The notes beneath the pieces were generated by a model, which was given only the letters and a program-made list of their open reading frames with translations, did not search any database and was not told where the DNA came from. DNA of 64,000 nucleotides from Tubulanus polymorphus (lineage: Eukaryota > Animalia > Nemertea). Positions 36,113 to 49,499 of the stretch are shown piece after piece. Position numbers and translations under genes: made by a program. The DNA is taken from NCBI RefSeq assembly GCF_964204645.1, contig NC_134027.1:22468560-22532559 (forward strand), read 5' to 3'. How positions within the stretch are numbered: position 1 is the first letter of the stretch; every line of letters begins with the position of its first letter.

Positions 36113-38879
36113 TACATTCGATCGAGGTATGTTTGGATCTAGTAATCAACTTATGGACAATGGGGCTACCTTAGTCTTAATTTACTTCATCTGTGGTAGA
36201 ACTTGTTGAAGTATATCGATCAAACAGAGCCAGACGGTCTTGACCGTTCGACACGATGGATAGATTAGATTATTCTTGATTGCCCCAAGTTAAACATAAT
36301 TTTTCGAGCACAAAAACAGTTAGTAAATACACGGGAATATACAGTTTACATACTCCTGCGCAGTATCTTGACACAAACCGCAAGTTTTCCTAAGACGTTT
36401 CTATCGTTTGAATTGAATAATTTACTAAATTTGTGGATAGTTGGGTTTAGTGTGAAAAATTGGGGTACATACAAATTACGCTAATCCGAAAAGTGATTGC
36501 ATTCCAAAACATAATGGAATTCGTCACCAATTTTGTTTTTCCAAAGAAATCAATCTAAGGTCTTGACGACATTTCGCAGACACGTCGAACATCACCTGGA
36601 AAAAAAACGTCCCAGCCTTAATGGGTGTTCTCGAGACAGCCATATCAATTAAATCGCGCCTAATTTCCCTCCTCGGAATTCTAACAGCGATATTTGAAAT
36701 ATGCGAATCATGCCAGTAAATTTTCGAAGCGCGTTTTTAAGACGTCGCGACGCCTAATTAGACGCGCGGAGCTGCCACACGATCTTATTATTTATAACCA
36801 CGCAATTTACGACGCTAAACATTTTCTGACCTCAGGGATTTCGTTCCGAATTCTTCCGAACGGTTTCGCGATGCTTTGACGCCGACGACTCGTGAATAAT
36901 AGCGCTTGCGGCTTCGTGTTTGAACGTTTTGAATTGCAGTTTGGAATTCCAGCCCGTTGGGATCATCGATATAGCCTGCCGAATAGATTCCAATAATAAA
37001 AACTGAACTCGTAATGGAGTGACGGCAATGCTAGTGGCAAGCGATTATCCGCCAGGATCGCTAGTGGCGCTGAGCTTCCCGCGCTTCAATGCCTTCTACA
37101 TTTCAATCGAATTTCAGTCAACTTTTCTCTAAAGTAAATAAGATGGATTTTTAGTTAAATCTATACCATAAACTGAGTGAGAAATTCAATCTTATATCCA
37201 TTTCAAAGATGTGTTTGGTAATTCTCGAATTTGGAAGCCTAAAAGATGCTATTTTTTTAATCTAAAAGATCAAGTTCAAGTTTCATTAAAAACGAACCGA
37301 TTCTCACCACGAACGACCTAGTGTTTTGTGGCGCCATCTGGCGAGTGCCGGTATCCTCAGTGTCTGCTCCCATTTTCTATCATTGAAATGATAGCCTTTA
37401 TTGAAATCCGCCAGTTTTTCAGAAAATAAGTAATGTACATTTTCCTCTCTCTCTGTATTTGGTTTTACTAGTTGATAACCATTGATGAAACAGTCTGCCC
37501 GCGACGCAAATATATAAAATCCCATACTAAGAACACGACAATTTCATTCCTGAACATGGCTATCAGAACGAAGTCGAAACGTCAAATAGATATAAACTCA
37601 TGGAAGCACTTTGGACAGTGTGGTATATCGTTATTTTATCGTTATTAGAATATGGCTTGTTAATATTCATTTCGAGAAGCCTTGACAGTTATGTAAGACT
37701 CTTTATACATATACACGTAACTACATGTTTATATTCCAATTCACTAAAATTCAGAATCCGAAATACGTTAATTTTCTTACCCGTTTGAATGTAGCAGTGT
37801 GCATAGACAAGGGTTCGGGGCTGGTATGAGCCCCATGCTGGTATGTTCTATTAAACTGTGACATGGAACCATTGATAATTGATATCTGCTATACCAGTAT
37901 TTTTATAATGTACCGAAATTTGTTTTGTTACAAAACAGTATAGCATAGTTATGGTCGCTCATTAGGGACATCGTGTGCGTTATTATTTTTTGCAACCTAT
38001 TTATGACGATTTACATCCTCGAATTACGATTGCTTTTACGCCGCTTAAAATCAACGTTAAAACAATCATAATATGGAAACAAGAACATTTTCATCATTTC
38101 TAAAAAGGAACCATTCATCTTTTACGTACGCCCGTTGGGAGATGGGGTTACGTCTGCCGCGTACGAGTCTGTACGGGAAGGGGGTCAAATGACATGGTGT
38201 GCGTACACACTAATATGTCTTTTGTACGAGTTTTTAGTTAGTAAAACATCTATATAGCATTAAGGGAATTTACTAACATCATTCCGATACTTGTGTTGGC
38301 TTATGTTTGTAGTTTGAGCGACCTGCCGGCTCATATTTAGCTCTATTACCATCATAATTCCGTTTCGAGTCGATCGTATAGGTATTTCCTAGTTCCGTGA
38401 AAACCCGATGCTTCCGACCATCGCCTACACGCAATACTCGTGTGTTTGAAGTTGAACTAAGAATAAACAAGTTCATTTCAAATGTAACAATATATGCTTT
38501 TTCTTACGTACGCGGACGCAGGAGGGGGCTCTAGGTGAACGTATGCTCGCGTTCATGGGCGAAGGGGAGTTAGAAATCGACAATTTACGCGTACTTGATA
38601 AATTTGTGATCCACAACAAAATATCTTTACGATTGTTTCTCCGATTTTTATTGGTTTTACGTTGATGATACACGACGTGGAATTAATCCGATCGTTTTAA
38701 AGCCACGTCAAAAGGTGGAATAGTTTAAACGCAGTATAAAATCAAAGTAAATACAATGAAAACCTTTTTTCATTGGTTTTTATGCTCGTTGATGTTTCAT
38801 CGTTAACATTACATCTGTCGGCCGCAGCGCAACGACCACAAGTTTCCGTCAACTGCTCCGGTCTAGGGCCACGTTGACT

Positions 38880-39030
38880 ATCTCTCCCTCTCCCTCTCCC
38901 TCTCCCTCTCCCTCTCCCTCTCCCTCTCGGCCTCTCCCTCTCCCTCTCCCTCTCCCTCTCCCTCTCCCCTCCCCTCCCCCTCCCCCTCCCCTCCCCTCCC
39001 CTCCCCTCTCCCTCCCTCTTCATCCCCTCT
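38880..39030. repeat. (CTCTCC)n / CT-rich polypyrimidine tract
   Basis: Hexamer array decaying into (CCCCT)n. Confidence 0.92.
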
Positions 39031-40420
39031 CCATCCATCTGCACACCCCTGATTAACCCGTGGACAGGTGAAACTGCCTCGTAAGGATTTCTGCATTAAC
39101 GCCGGATTTTCCGGCAAACTGTTTTCGTGCGATCTTTGCGTCGACGAGGGAACTAATTAGAACGATATCTTTAGTCAGAAATACGTCTATGGTAATTGCA
39201 AAGCTGTGAGTTTTGTCCCGGCTAACTGAAATCTGGTGCAGACGAGCCACAACGGAATCAGCGGGTGACCCCCCTCTTCCGTATTACGGGAACGAGATGG
39301 CGTCGAGTGAAAAGAACATTTTTAAACACGATATAAACGATTCTTCATAAAAAATGACTGCCTGGTAAGCTAAGAAGTAAGGAGGTTGCCGTCTTTCACG
39401 GTTCTACAGACCGGCAAAAGAAATTGTTAAAGCCGCTAAAGCATCATGTTATTTCCTGAATAATGTACGCCGATGTAAAATATCAAAATAGTACTATAGG
39501 TTAAGATCAAGTGTAGCCCACGATAGCTTTTGTTTTCAACGATAGATTATTTGACATAAATACACAATAATCATTCTTGAGAAAGTTAAGCTGCAATGAG
39601 TGATGGACACACATAACAGCAGGCTACCTTTATACGCACATAGTAAGCCGACTATTTGCGAACTTATTGAAACCGAATGTCATTTAGTTCGAAGTATAGT
39701 GAAAAAAGTCGCGAACCACGCGATTGAGCACGGTCGCTGTAGTTCAGATCTTGGAGTATTTATCTTATTATTGTCAATAATTGTCAAGATATTACTACTC
39801 CAAGTTCATACCTGGTCCTATAAGAAGACCGATGCCATGTTCATGAGGATGGCTGTATAGAAACGTGGCTTCATGTACTAACCCGCTGTGACATTCAGCG
39901 TTTTCTTATTTTATTAGAGCAACGGTCATATTGCCATATGGAATCCAACTGGGTAACAACGCGAAATTTCTGCGAAAAAAAACTAATAACTATTCGCTTT
40001 CAGCCAGACGGTCATCAAGGGCACTTGGCCATTAAACTTGTCCTTGCGCCTTATTACCTTATTTTGTCGAGATTGGGGATTTTATTTGATCAAATGCCAC
40101 GTTTTCAGTTCAAAGAGTCCTGGTGGTTTGGACTCGCCCTTCCATTTAGGATCAATCAGCAGCAAGAAAACAACCCATTCGGACATTTCACCGTCATACG
40201 TGTACTTGTAGTCCGGTTTTTTGTGCATTTTCTACGATGAACTTTCTCCTCGATATATCTGCTGTGAAGCGTAGACGATTGATAATGAAAAGAATTGGGA
40301 ACGTGGGAGTATTGAACGTTTGAGGGGTGGTTCCTGAAAGGCACTAGATCACTCGTTGTGCATATGCATAGGCCTGTATTTTGAACGACGAGTAAAGATT
40401 GTTTATTCTTTTACTTCAGG

Positions 40421-41242
40421 ATGTCTACCGAGGATGATGTACCGGAATCTATATCGAGACCCAGACCGAAACCGAGAAGTACGGTCGACCAGTCGAACCC
40501 GGATCAGCCCGGCGCCATCGCCGCGCCGCCGATAATACCAAAGCCCAGAAAACTGAAAATCGCCGCTCCGAACTTCACTTTAGAAGACCTAGACCCGGCC
40601 GACGGTCAAATAGGACTCGACCCGGATACCGGTAAGCTGGTATTGAATTTGGCGCCGGTGCCAGACGCGGAGTTCAGCTCGGAAGAGGCCGTCGAGACGA
40701 CAGCCATTGCCCCGACCCGAACGCCTCAACAACGGTATCTACAAAACGGCGGCTGTACCAACAACAACAACGTCGAACCGAACGGAAATAATCGCCAACC
40801 GACAATTTGTTATCAAACCCCGCACGGCCAGACGGCTACGACTAGAGAAAATGTCGTCAACGCCGTAGCCGACGGTTATCACGTGGTCGTCACGCCCGAG
40901 CGTACGTGGGTCGGTCAAGGCCGAATTCTGAAGGAGAAAGACTTGAAGGTTTACAAGATATTGTCCGTCATTGCCATTTTGTTCTTCTTTCCGTCTGGAC
41001 TACTGGCGTTGTACTACGCGCATAAGACGCATAAAGAGTTCTACGCCGGTTTAGAACGCGGCGAAGTCGACACGGCGAAAAAGATGGCGAAACGGTGCGA
41101 AAAGTGTCTAGTTTTAACCGTCATATCGTGCATACTGTTGATAGCTTTGCTGGTGGCGATTTTCGGCAAAACGCCGCAAGAACGGAGTCGTAAACTTTCC
41201 CCCCACGCGGCGTCGTTTAGACACTTTTCCGACCACAGCTAG
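40421..41242 (+). CDS. CD225/dispanin family (PRRT/SynDIG/IFITM-like) membrane protein, 273 aa
   Basis: Pro-rich disordered N-terminus, then YKILSVIAILFFFPSGLLALYYAHKT...GEVDTAKKMAKR and a C-terminal TM helix, which is the CD225 topology. Strong acceptor tttacttcag|G immediately before the ATG; AATAAA near 42097. Confidence 0.85.
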   Translation: MSTEDDVPESISRPRPKPRSTVDQSNPDQPGAIAAPPIIPKPRKLKIAAPNFTLEDLDPADGQIGLDPDTGKLVLNLAPVPDAEFSSEEAVETTAIAPTRTPQQRYLQNGGCTNNNNVEPNGNNRQPTICYQTPHGQTATTRENVVNAVADGYHVVVTPERTWVGQGRILKEKDLKVYKILSVIAILFFFPSGLLALYYAHKTHKEFYAGLERGEVDTAKKMAKRCEKCLVLTVISCILLIALLVAIFGKTPQERSRKLSPHAASFRHFSDHS

Positions 41243-44200
41243 ATTCGAGTTAAGATTATATCGAGGACTGCAAAAAGCATGACAGATTATGATTTACTGT
41301 GATACACGTTGGACCACGTGAACCACTGGTTCCGCATTTTATAGGGTATTTAACTCACCTCTTCAAGAATCTGGGTTAATTTCCATAGCGTTCTGCCGGG
41401 TAAGAATATTTGACTCTTCAAGGTTGAATATTTGAAAATTAACTATATTTTACCTCGGAATATTTATACTATAAGGAACTGGAAAGCTAATATATTCGAC
41501 CATACAGTTGACACATACGTACTGTATCTGGCTGCGGGGACCGTTGTGATAAACACGTATATAAACTTGTGTAATCGTGCACGCTAAACGTTTCGGTGTC
41601 CATGATCTAACCAAACAAAGGACTAGATAACTTGCTTAAATGATTTAGAGCCCTTGGATTTGGAAGCGAAATCCATAGATTCTAAAACATGGTCTCCCAT
41701 ATTACTTCGGGGGTGATTAGGGGAATGCATATATATTTGGCGCTTATTTTCCTTCCGACAGGGGGGATGCGCGCAAGCTTCTTATATTTTAAATCTGCAT
41801 ATATTATGTAATTATGTGAATAACTTTGAATAATTTGTTTTTTTTCAAAATGGCGTCTGTGATGATGGATAATGTAATAAAAGATACATATCGGGAATTT
41901 CCTTAGTGCAAACCGATTAATTTTTAACTTCATTGAATATTCTAATGAGATGAACCGCCGGATGTATTGGTAATTCGACATGATTAGACCGAATTTCGGT
42001 ATCTTCACACGCGAGAGTTGTGGCGCATTTAGTGAAGTGGGTAAAAACATTGTACCGGTAAATTATCGATTGCGGTGCGGTGGTAATTTATTTATGAATA
42101 AATATGAGAATTAACATAACTTAATTCACGCTTATTGATATTGGCTTCGTTTTTCCAAATGTTTGCGGTTGGAGTTTTGAATCAGAAAAGAACAGGCTTT
42201 CGGGCCGGTTAGACCAGTTTTACTATTATTTCAACGAAGTGGGTTGATTGGCAGAACTGGTGAATTACTAAAGAGTATAACATAATAAAGGAGATGTAAA
42301 GAAGCTTGTAAGTAAATCACATGACACTTGACGGCCAATATGGCGTCGTCGAGCCACAAAATCAGGCCTGTAGCCGGGCCAGTTATGTAGACTGGTATCA
42401 ATTTTTATACCCAGGGGCTTATGAAGTGAGTTAACAGTCTATAAAACCGGCGCCAGGACTTCCAAGAGTGGGATCAAACCTATCCGAAAAGAGTAATTTC
42501 CTGTGTGAATCGGACGGACGAAAAGTAAATTATTGAAAGTAAAGAAATGCCCTTTTTATCATAATAACCCACACTTTGTCACCTTTTCAATGTTTTTTCT
42601 CTGCATAGACTTCAATGTATAGATTTCTCTTTCAATGTTTTCAATATTCTCTTATGACGAAATTTTCTTTTGTCAAGTAACATTCTTACGGCCCTTCGGC
42701 CACCACGCCTCCTCAGATGTCAGGGCACGAAAGCACACAGAGCGGATCTAGGAAAATTAGAAAGCCGGGGTCCAGAAGAAAAGAAAAGGCATTTTTCGGA
42801 TGAAGCAGTCATTGTCAAAGGTCTATGGGATTCTGCATGGTTCCACCCTTAGTTTTAGATATTTTTGAAGAATTCCGAAAGGTTGCAGGATGAGTGTCGA
42901 ATTAACAGGTTTCAACGATATCAGTCTCGATGAAAATGGCCACCTCAATGGGAAGGCAGGGGTCCGGACCCCGAGACCATCCCTAAATCCGCTCTTCAAA
43001 CCCTATAATTTCAACCCCCGACGCGGTTAGAGACCTAAACGAGCAGGATAGGTTGAATAACGAGTATATGAGTGATGTATATTAGATTGACGAGCATAAG
43101 CGTGTAAACTCCCGGATTACCGGATCAGAAGGACATGATCGTCATCGGATTTAACAGTTAAATCCCCGCTCTACGAAATACACACACACGTCGAGACACA
43201 ATATTTATCAACAAGCTGCACCAATCTCAAATCGTTGCTCGCCATATTAAAAGCCACTTGGGCATCGAGGGATTTTCTACTTAAATAATTGAGCATGTTT
43301 CGATTGCTCACTGCACCCGAGGGATGTTGAATTTCCACGCACGATAGTGTTTATCGGTGACAAGCACTCGCTACTGCTATACGTACGCGGCTTTCCTCTC
43401 TTCGCCGACGTTTGCGGATCGGCGTTGTGGCGTACGACGAACAATTTCATATAAATCAAACAGCGAATTAACTAAACACAATCTCGAGCCCCGTTCCCCC
43501 GAAAAAAACTTCAAGTATGATTTACGACGAACGGAGGATAATGGATCGGGCTTTTTAAAAGTGTCAGCAATATACGACAAAACGCTTTAATTAACGATGA
43601 AATTATGAATTTATCGGATGCTTATTTCGTGGACGTTTTCGTCGAAGCGACTCTTTAATCTATTTCACGATCGACGCAGGCATCTGTGACGTCAGCGTTT
43701 TTTGTTGTCGGACAAAATGTAGCGAGGGAACGTAGAAACTACTTGGCCTCAGCCCAACCATCAATATGGCGTCGTCATTTGGTTAAAGAACATCTTTCTA
43801 TGAGTAAAATCCCAATATTAATGAATTGATCTGAAAACTTTGTTTGAGATATTAGGAATATTTGGGGTGGTTGCAACCACCCTTCTTCAGTCTCAAAAGG
43901 CCATTTTACTTTTTTCTAGACCGAAGGAGAAATATTCATAATATTCTAAATAAACCTTTTAGATCAATTCACTTATTGTGGGATTTTACTCATCGTTTTA
44001 TCACCGATGCCTCAAAATCTTTCTTTTGCACGCTTTTGCTTTATATTGCTGTTACATCGTTTGAATCCCTGTTTCACGACTGGATAGCGCTTGCTCTATA
44101 TTTTCATTGTTAAGCTGTTGACAGATCAGGCGAATCTATCGGGTGATTTGACTGTGCGTTTGAATTCGGAAGGCCGAGGTTGAAACGATTTGGCAAATTC

Positions 44201-44346
44201 GATACGAATACAGTATGTATTTTTTCGACGAATTTATTCGGTGGACGTGGTGATCACCAAAATTAGCAATCGTCGATTAGAAACCCGGCGATAATGTCCA
44301 GCGTGTTTGATTCGTGCGAATCGATTCGAAGGCTAGACGATTTGCA

Positions 44347-44539
44347 TCCTCGCTTGCCAGGGTTGATTACCTCCCGCCGAAGCTCACGCCAATGCAGTCC
44401 CTGGCCGCAGACCCTTACGGTCGGACAGGTTGCCGCTGAGAAATCTTGGTCAATGTAATAGATCAATGCAGGGTATGCGGCCAGGGTTTGTGTTAGCGTA
44501 AGCTACGGCGGGAGGCAATCAAACCCTGGCAAGCAAGGA
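44347..44539. mobile_element. MITE-like long inverted repeat
   Basis: About 69-bp arms at 44347-44415 and 44470-44539. Confidence 0.65.
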
Positions 44540-47500
44540 CAGACAATTCGCTTGGCGTCCCTTGTGACACGCAGGCAAAATTCGGCTCAATAGTTTCCTG
44601 GTCGACAAACGAACGTTCACCACAATAATCATGACCCGAGCACATTTGGTAAAGACAAAAAGAATTCCCCTGGTTTGGTTATCTGAGTAAGTCGACTATT
44701 GTCGAACTAAATGAAACCGAATGTCAGTTAGCCAGAACGATAGTCCGGAAATAGTTCGGAAATTAAGCGCATTCGGTTATTAGTACCGACCACTAGTCGA
44801 CTAGATACGAAAACCGAATTTGGCCCTGGCTGTTGAGTCAAAGTAATTGTAGATGGAATGACCTTGACTTCCCATTAATAATACGAGATAAATGATGACG
44901 TCATATAGGGATTTTTATGGAGGAAGCCATCATATTTTTATAGATTAGTGTTTACGGAAAAACAGATTTCCAGCTAAAATCCTCCTGTAAAGCCAGACCT
45001 CTCGTCAATCCTGTGCAAATTCACCGCTTTACAAACACAACGAAACGATCTTGATAAATTAATATTCAAATATACGCGGCGATACTATATACACAGCTCG
45101 CCCTCGCATATACATACACACACCGCACCGCAGACGAATGATCAAACGATAGAATAAAACCCGTTTTGATTATAAAAACGAGGATTGACGGGGGAATCTT
45201 TGCGGCGAAGCCGATATCCGTTTATGGGCATGAGACGAGTCTGAGGCGACTTCGGTGGTTCTTGGCGGAAATTAATTTCTCTCCCGATCGACACCTCGCC
45301 GAATATCAATGGCGCGAAGAAAAATAACAGTCGCTCGCGACGACGGCCATATTTCCGACTGAAGAAATATGTATCACGTCTTGCGTAGGTTATGGTTATG
45401 GCTTGGTTATGTCACGGACGTATAGATTAGATTTTTACGTCAATGGTTAGGTCAAGGTCCAATATAGATTTAGATATCATAGAAATTCCCACACCAATAG
45501 AAATAATCGAGTTCAAAATATTTCTTTAAGTTAACTGTTTATTCGACGTTTCGACTATATTCTAAAAGTCAGGATTCCTAGAGGTGGTAGCTATAAACCA
45601 TCGACACTCAATTCAAAAATATGCTCATATCATCCTCGATGATTAAGTCACGCATATTTTGAGTTATGGATTCAAACTTAGGTTAAGCTATATAGGGTTT
45701 ATCAAAATACCAATGGTGGAAACTTCCCCACCTTAATTTTGTGATTGTGTGCCTATTTGCATAGAGCCCGCATTAAGATCATGCAGACCTTACTGACATT
45801 GAAAAAAGTCGGATTTGGGGGTAAAAAAGATATCTCCAACTGGCAAAAACTAAATATTTCTATCTTTTTGAAACAGATCGCTTGTGCTGTTTAAAAAGCT
45901 GTATACACATTTTACACGAATGTGTCATCGCGAAGCCGATATACAAGAATTTGCGTTGCCTATTGATCTCTATTTTTCCTAGTCATGAGAAGTCGCGTAT
46001 ACAGCCATCTCAGCAGCCGATATACTAGAATCTAACTCTAATTGGTGTAATGTCGAGAGCGTGAAATCCATCCACTCCGATCAAATGTTATTATCACTGA
46101 CCGGCAGCTGCTCTCATGCTGTGGGACGCTAAATAACTCGGCATCATTTCTCTGCGTTGATGAGGATGGATGTTGCAGTCATAAGATGCTCATATGATAT
46201 GATCAAATTTGCGTCTACTTTGCATACGTTTAAATTTCGTAATCAAGATATGTGTGTATAGAACATCGAATTTTGTTGCAACAACGGGCAACTCATTCCT
46301 ATTGCAGCAGGGTTGATTTTAATAAATGTAATTATGATGCGTATACATAACTGATTAAACCTTTCTCATTTTCAGTCGCTTCATTGTCTTCTGTATGTTC
46401 AGAACACAAGAACTGGGTGATGTTGATGTTAAGTAAAAAAAAAGTGGTTGAGATTGTGTATTTAGGCGCCAGTATTATTCTCTTATCTATGAATATCGTA
46501 CAAGTTGAACCGTGCGATTCTTTGGTGAACAAAGTTTGAATATCAATTACCAATGGCGACCTCCTCGCTATCGGCGACTTCCATGATTTCGTAAAATTGC
46601 GATGATTTACTCGACAATGAGATTACTGGGTATGATTTGGTCGACAGGGAACCCATACTTGAGTTACAGGTAAGTACCGACGATACGTTCAAAAAAAAAG
46701 AAAATTCTGCTGCCAATTTGACAGAGGCTTAGAAGAAATCCACATGTCACATGTCACACCACACGTGACGTTTGCTGTGTGTTGTATTCAAAATGATGGG
46801 GAGCTTGTCAAAAATATTTCAAAAGGATTGATCGTCGGGCATCGCAAACTGGTTTGGATACGGGAGCAGTCCAAGGCTGACGGTTTTGCTCTCTCTCTCT
46901 CAAGGTTGTGAAGGAGTGCTGTGCGGAAAGTTTGTATGCCGTCTTGACGTAGATAATATTTCACAGATCTCAATTCAATTGGTATAATAACACAAATAAA
47001 CACAGATGTGCCATGACTACAATTTAGGTCCACCGCCGAATAAGACTTCGATCAATTGAAAATTTATCTCCATGTAAAAAATCTACTTCGTATACGTAAT
47101 AGAAAATGAACGTTCTTGCAGAAAATGTATCGATTTTCTTGTATTCCCGGGATGCTTTAAAAGGAAACCTGAACTTTGAATAGAAATTCAATGTGGTTGG
47201 TGTACTTGTTGTCACATCGTATAGTAATGTTTTGTTTTCAGACATCGAATATTACAGCGTCACGAACACATGTGTCCTCACAACATCTCTATCTACATTT
47301 GGCATTGATTGCGTAATGCGCATTATTTATTCAAGTCTCATTCCATAACGGCAACGAATTTTCATACGGAATTTTGGCGGCAATTCTAAATCGGTTCTAG
47401 TAAACTGGGCGCCTTTCGTGTAGGTTACGGTGCAGCGTGTGAAATGCTGGGATAATTGTAGAGTCATACAGCAGTGGGCTGTTCTTAACGCGGCGTGTGA

Positions 47501-47606
47501 AATGTTAGGATAATCATGGGGTCGTGCAACGGTGAGCAATAGTTTGAGAGAAGCATTTCAGATTGTCACTGACGACGTATTGTCGTCGCAAACCATTTTG
47601 TTCTCC

Positions 47607-48821
47607 ATGGATAATGTTACCACCATCAGCACTACAACTCGTAGAATATACCGCGCAACTTTGAAGACACCGGGTTATATCAAAGCCTTCAATACGATAA
47701 CTTACTTCTTTTATGAATACAACAGACCATTCAAATACGTGTTCTTGCTTCCATTGGGAAGTGTGTTTAACTTGCTGTCAATAATTCTACTGATTAAGTG
47801 TCGCAAATATCGGTCAGTTCGTTACACGTTCCCCTATCTCATAATTCTCGCGTTTTCTGACCAACTTGTCGTGTTGTTCGAGCTACAACATTTTGCATTT
47901 TATTTGAAAGACTTCGTAACATATCACCTAGGATTTTACAGAGAATGCGACGCTTTCTATTTGTCATTCACTAAACACAGTAAACTATGTCCATCGCTTT
48001 ACTATTTCTATTACTATTTCTACTATCGGGCGAAATTGTTTCCTTCTTGCATATTCTTAAATCTGCTTTATAACCAGTCAAAATGTGTATCGAACTACAC
48101 AGTTATAGTGATGGCTATCGAGAGATTTGTTTCTATTCGTTTTCCTTTCTTTCACATGAAACATTTCACCGTCACGCGGCGTAAAATTGCAGTAGGTTTT
48201 GTTATCTTCTGGGCGTATCTTACAAACTTGGATTCTGCGATTTTATACAAAGTTTATCTTCGTAAATCCCGCTTGCGCTACAATGAAACGTATTACTATT
48301 TTCAGTGTAAAACGTCAATCAACTTTATGCGTCCGCCCCAGCTCGCAGAAATAGAAGCTGCAAGAATATTTATACAAGATATATTTCCTGCTTTTGTTAT
48401 TGTAATCTTATCAGTGTCAACTGCTGCATTACGTAATAAGAAATCTGAGCTGAGAGCAACGAAACCAGATCATCATCATCAATCTTCAGCTAGTAAAACT
48501 CTTCTAGTCGTTGTTTTGGTGTACGTTTTACTCGTTCTCTCACATGCTACGGCTAAATGCATCGACCAAATGTTGAGTTTCATTATAAATAAGCTTCGCC
48601 GTGATAACGGTATCAAGATCGACATCACAAATCCTCATTTTAGGTTCTTTGTCAAGACTTTATGGTCCCAGTTAGAAAATTTCCTATTAACGTTTCGACA
48701 TTTTGTGTTCTGCGTTAACTTTTTTATATACATCGGAACATTAAAAGTTTTCAGAAGGCAATTCATTACATTATTTACTGGCCGTTGTTTTTGTAGAATG
48801 AAATTGAAACGGAACAGCTGA
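47607..48821 (+). CDS. Class A (rhodopsin-like) GPCR, peptide-receptor-like/putative chemosensory type, about 404 aa, intronless CDS
   Basis: Seven hydrophobic segments; TM1 GSVFN, TM2 LAFSD, TM3 C...SNYTVIVMAIERF, TM7 CVNFFIY...FR; N-glycan site NVT after the ATG at 47607. Candidate 5' UTR acceptor at 47560-47561 and donor CAG|gtaagt at 46670. Confidence 0.9.
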   Translation: MDNVTTISTTTRRIYRATLKTPGYIKAFNTITYFFYEYNRPFKYVFLLPLGSVFNLLSIILLIKCRKYRSVRYTFPYLIILAFSDQLVVLFELQHFAFYLKDFVTYHLGFYRECDAFYLSFTKHSKLCPSLYYFYYYFYYRAKLFPSCIFLNLLYNQSKCVSNYTVIVMAIERFVSIRFPFFHMKHFTVTRRKIAVGFVIFWAYLTNLDSAILYKVYLRKSRLRYNETYYYFQCKTSINFMRPPQLAEIEAARIFIQDIFPAFVIVILSVSTAALRNKKSELRATKPDHHHQSSASKTLLVVVLVYVLLVLSHATAKCIDQMLSFIINKLRRDNGIKIDITNPHFRFFVKTLWSQLENFLLTFRHFVFCVNFFIYIGTLKVFRRQFITLFTGRCFCRMKLKRNS

Positions 48822-49357
48822 AGTAGGCCTATTTGGTATGAATGTTTTCTAAAAAGAACTCGGATGTCATCTGTGATTGGTTTTCGGAGGTTGAAAAGTT
48901 ATTTTCTTAACATTAATAAATTTCCTGGATTGTTCAGCGCGTCGAATGAACTATACTTCTCGATAAACCTACGTAAGTAGTAAAAAGACTAAAATAGCAT
49001 TGCTTTTCAGTCGTATATAAAACCATAAAACAAGTAGCCTAAGGCTTTAGTTACTTTCAATAAATGAAATTACAAATTACGATGCGTTATATATTACAAA
49101 TAAAACCGTCTTATTTTGTCTTCTTTTACGTCTCTTAGTCAAATCATATCCAGTTTCAAATCATGATTTCTCATTCTAAATGACTTCAGCGACTTGAATA
49201 GCCATCTCATCTTTGCTCACTTAAAACGATGGTTAGATTATGATTCACACTACGTGCGACTCAATAATTTGAAACGTTTTCGTCCCGCAATATACGTCAA
49301 CTCGTTATTAGCAACAAGGAGGTTAATAAATGATGTCTCCTCTTTTCGTTATAAATA

Positions 49358-49499
49358 CAGTCAACCCCCGATATACCGCCCACATCGGCGCAGAGCGATT
49401 TTGGCGTTATAGAGAGTATGGCGTATATCGGGGGTGGTTTACTATGTATTTGTATTGAGATGGGTGGTGGTGGGGAGCGGTATATCGGGGGTTTGACTG
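49358..49499. mobile_element. Tc1/mariner-type MITE with TA TSD
   Basis: TA|CAGTCAACCCCCGATATACCGC ... GCGGTATATCGGGGGTTTGACTG|TA. Confidence 0.85.

Noticed and set aside
47532-47606. GTG-initiated N-terminal extension of the GPCR ORF
   Set aside because: The ORF track uses prokaryotic start codons; the ATG at 47607 has a good context and a splice acceptor lies at 47560-47561.
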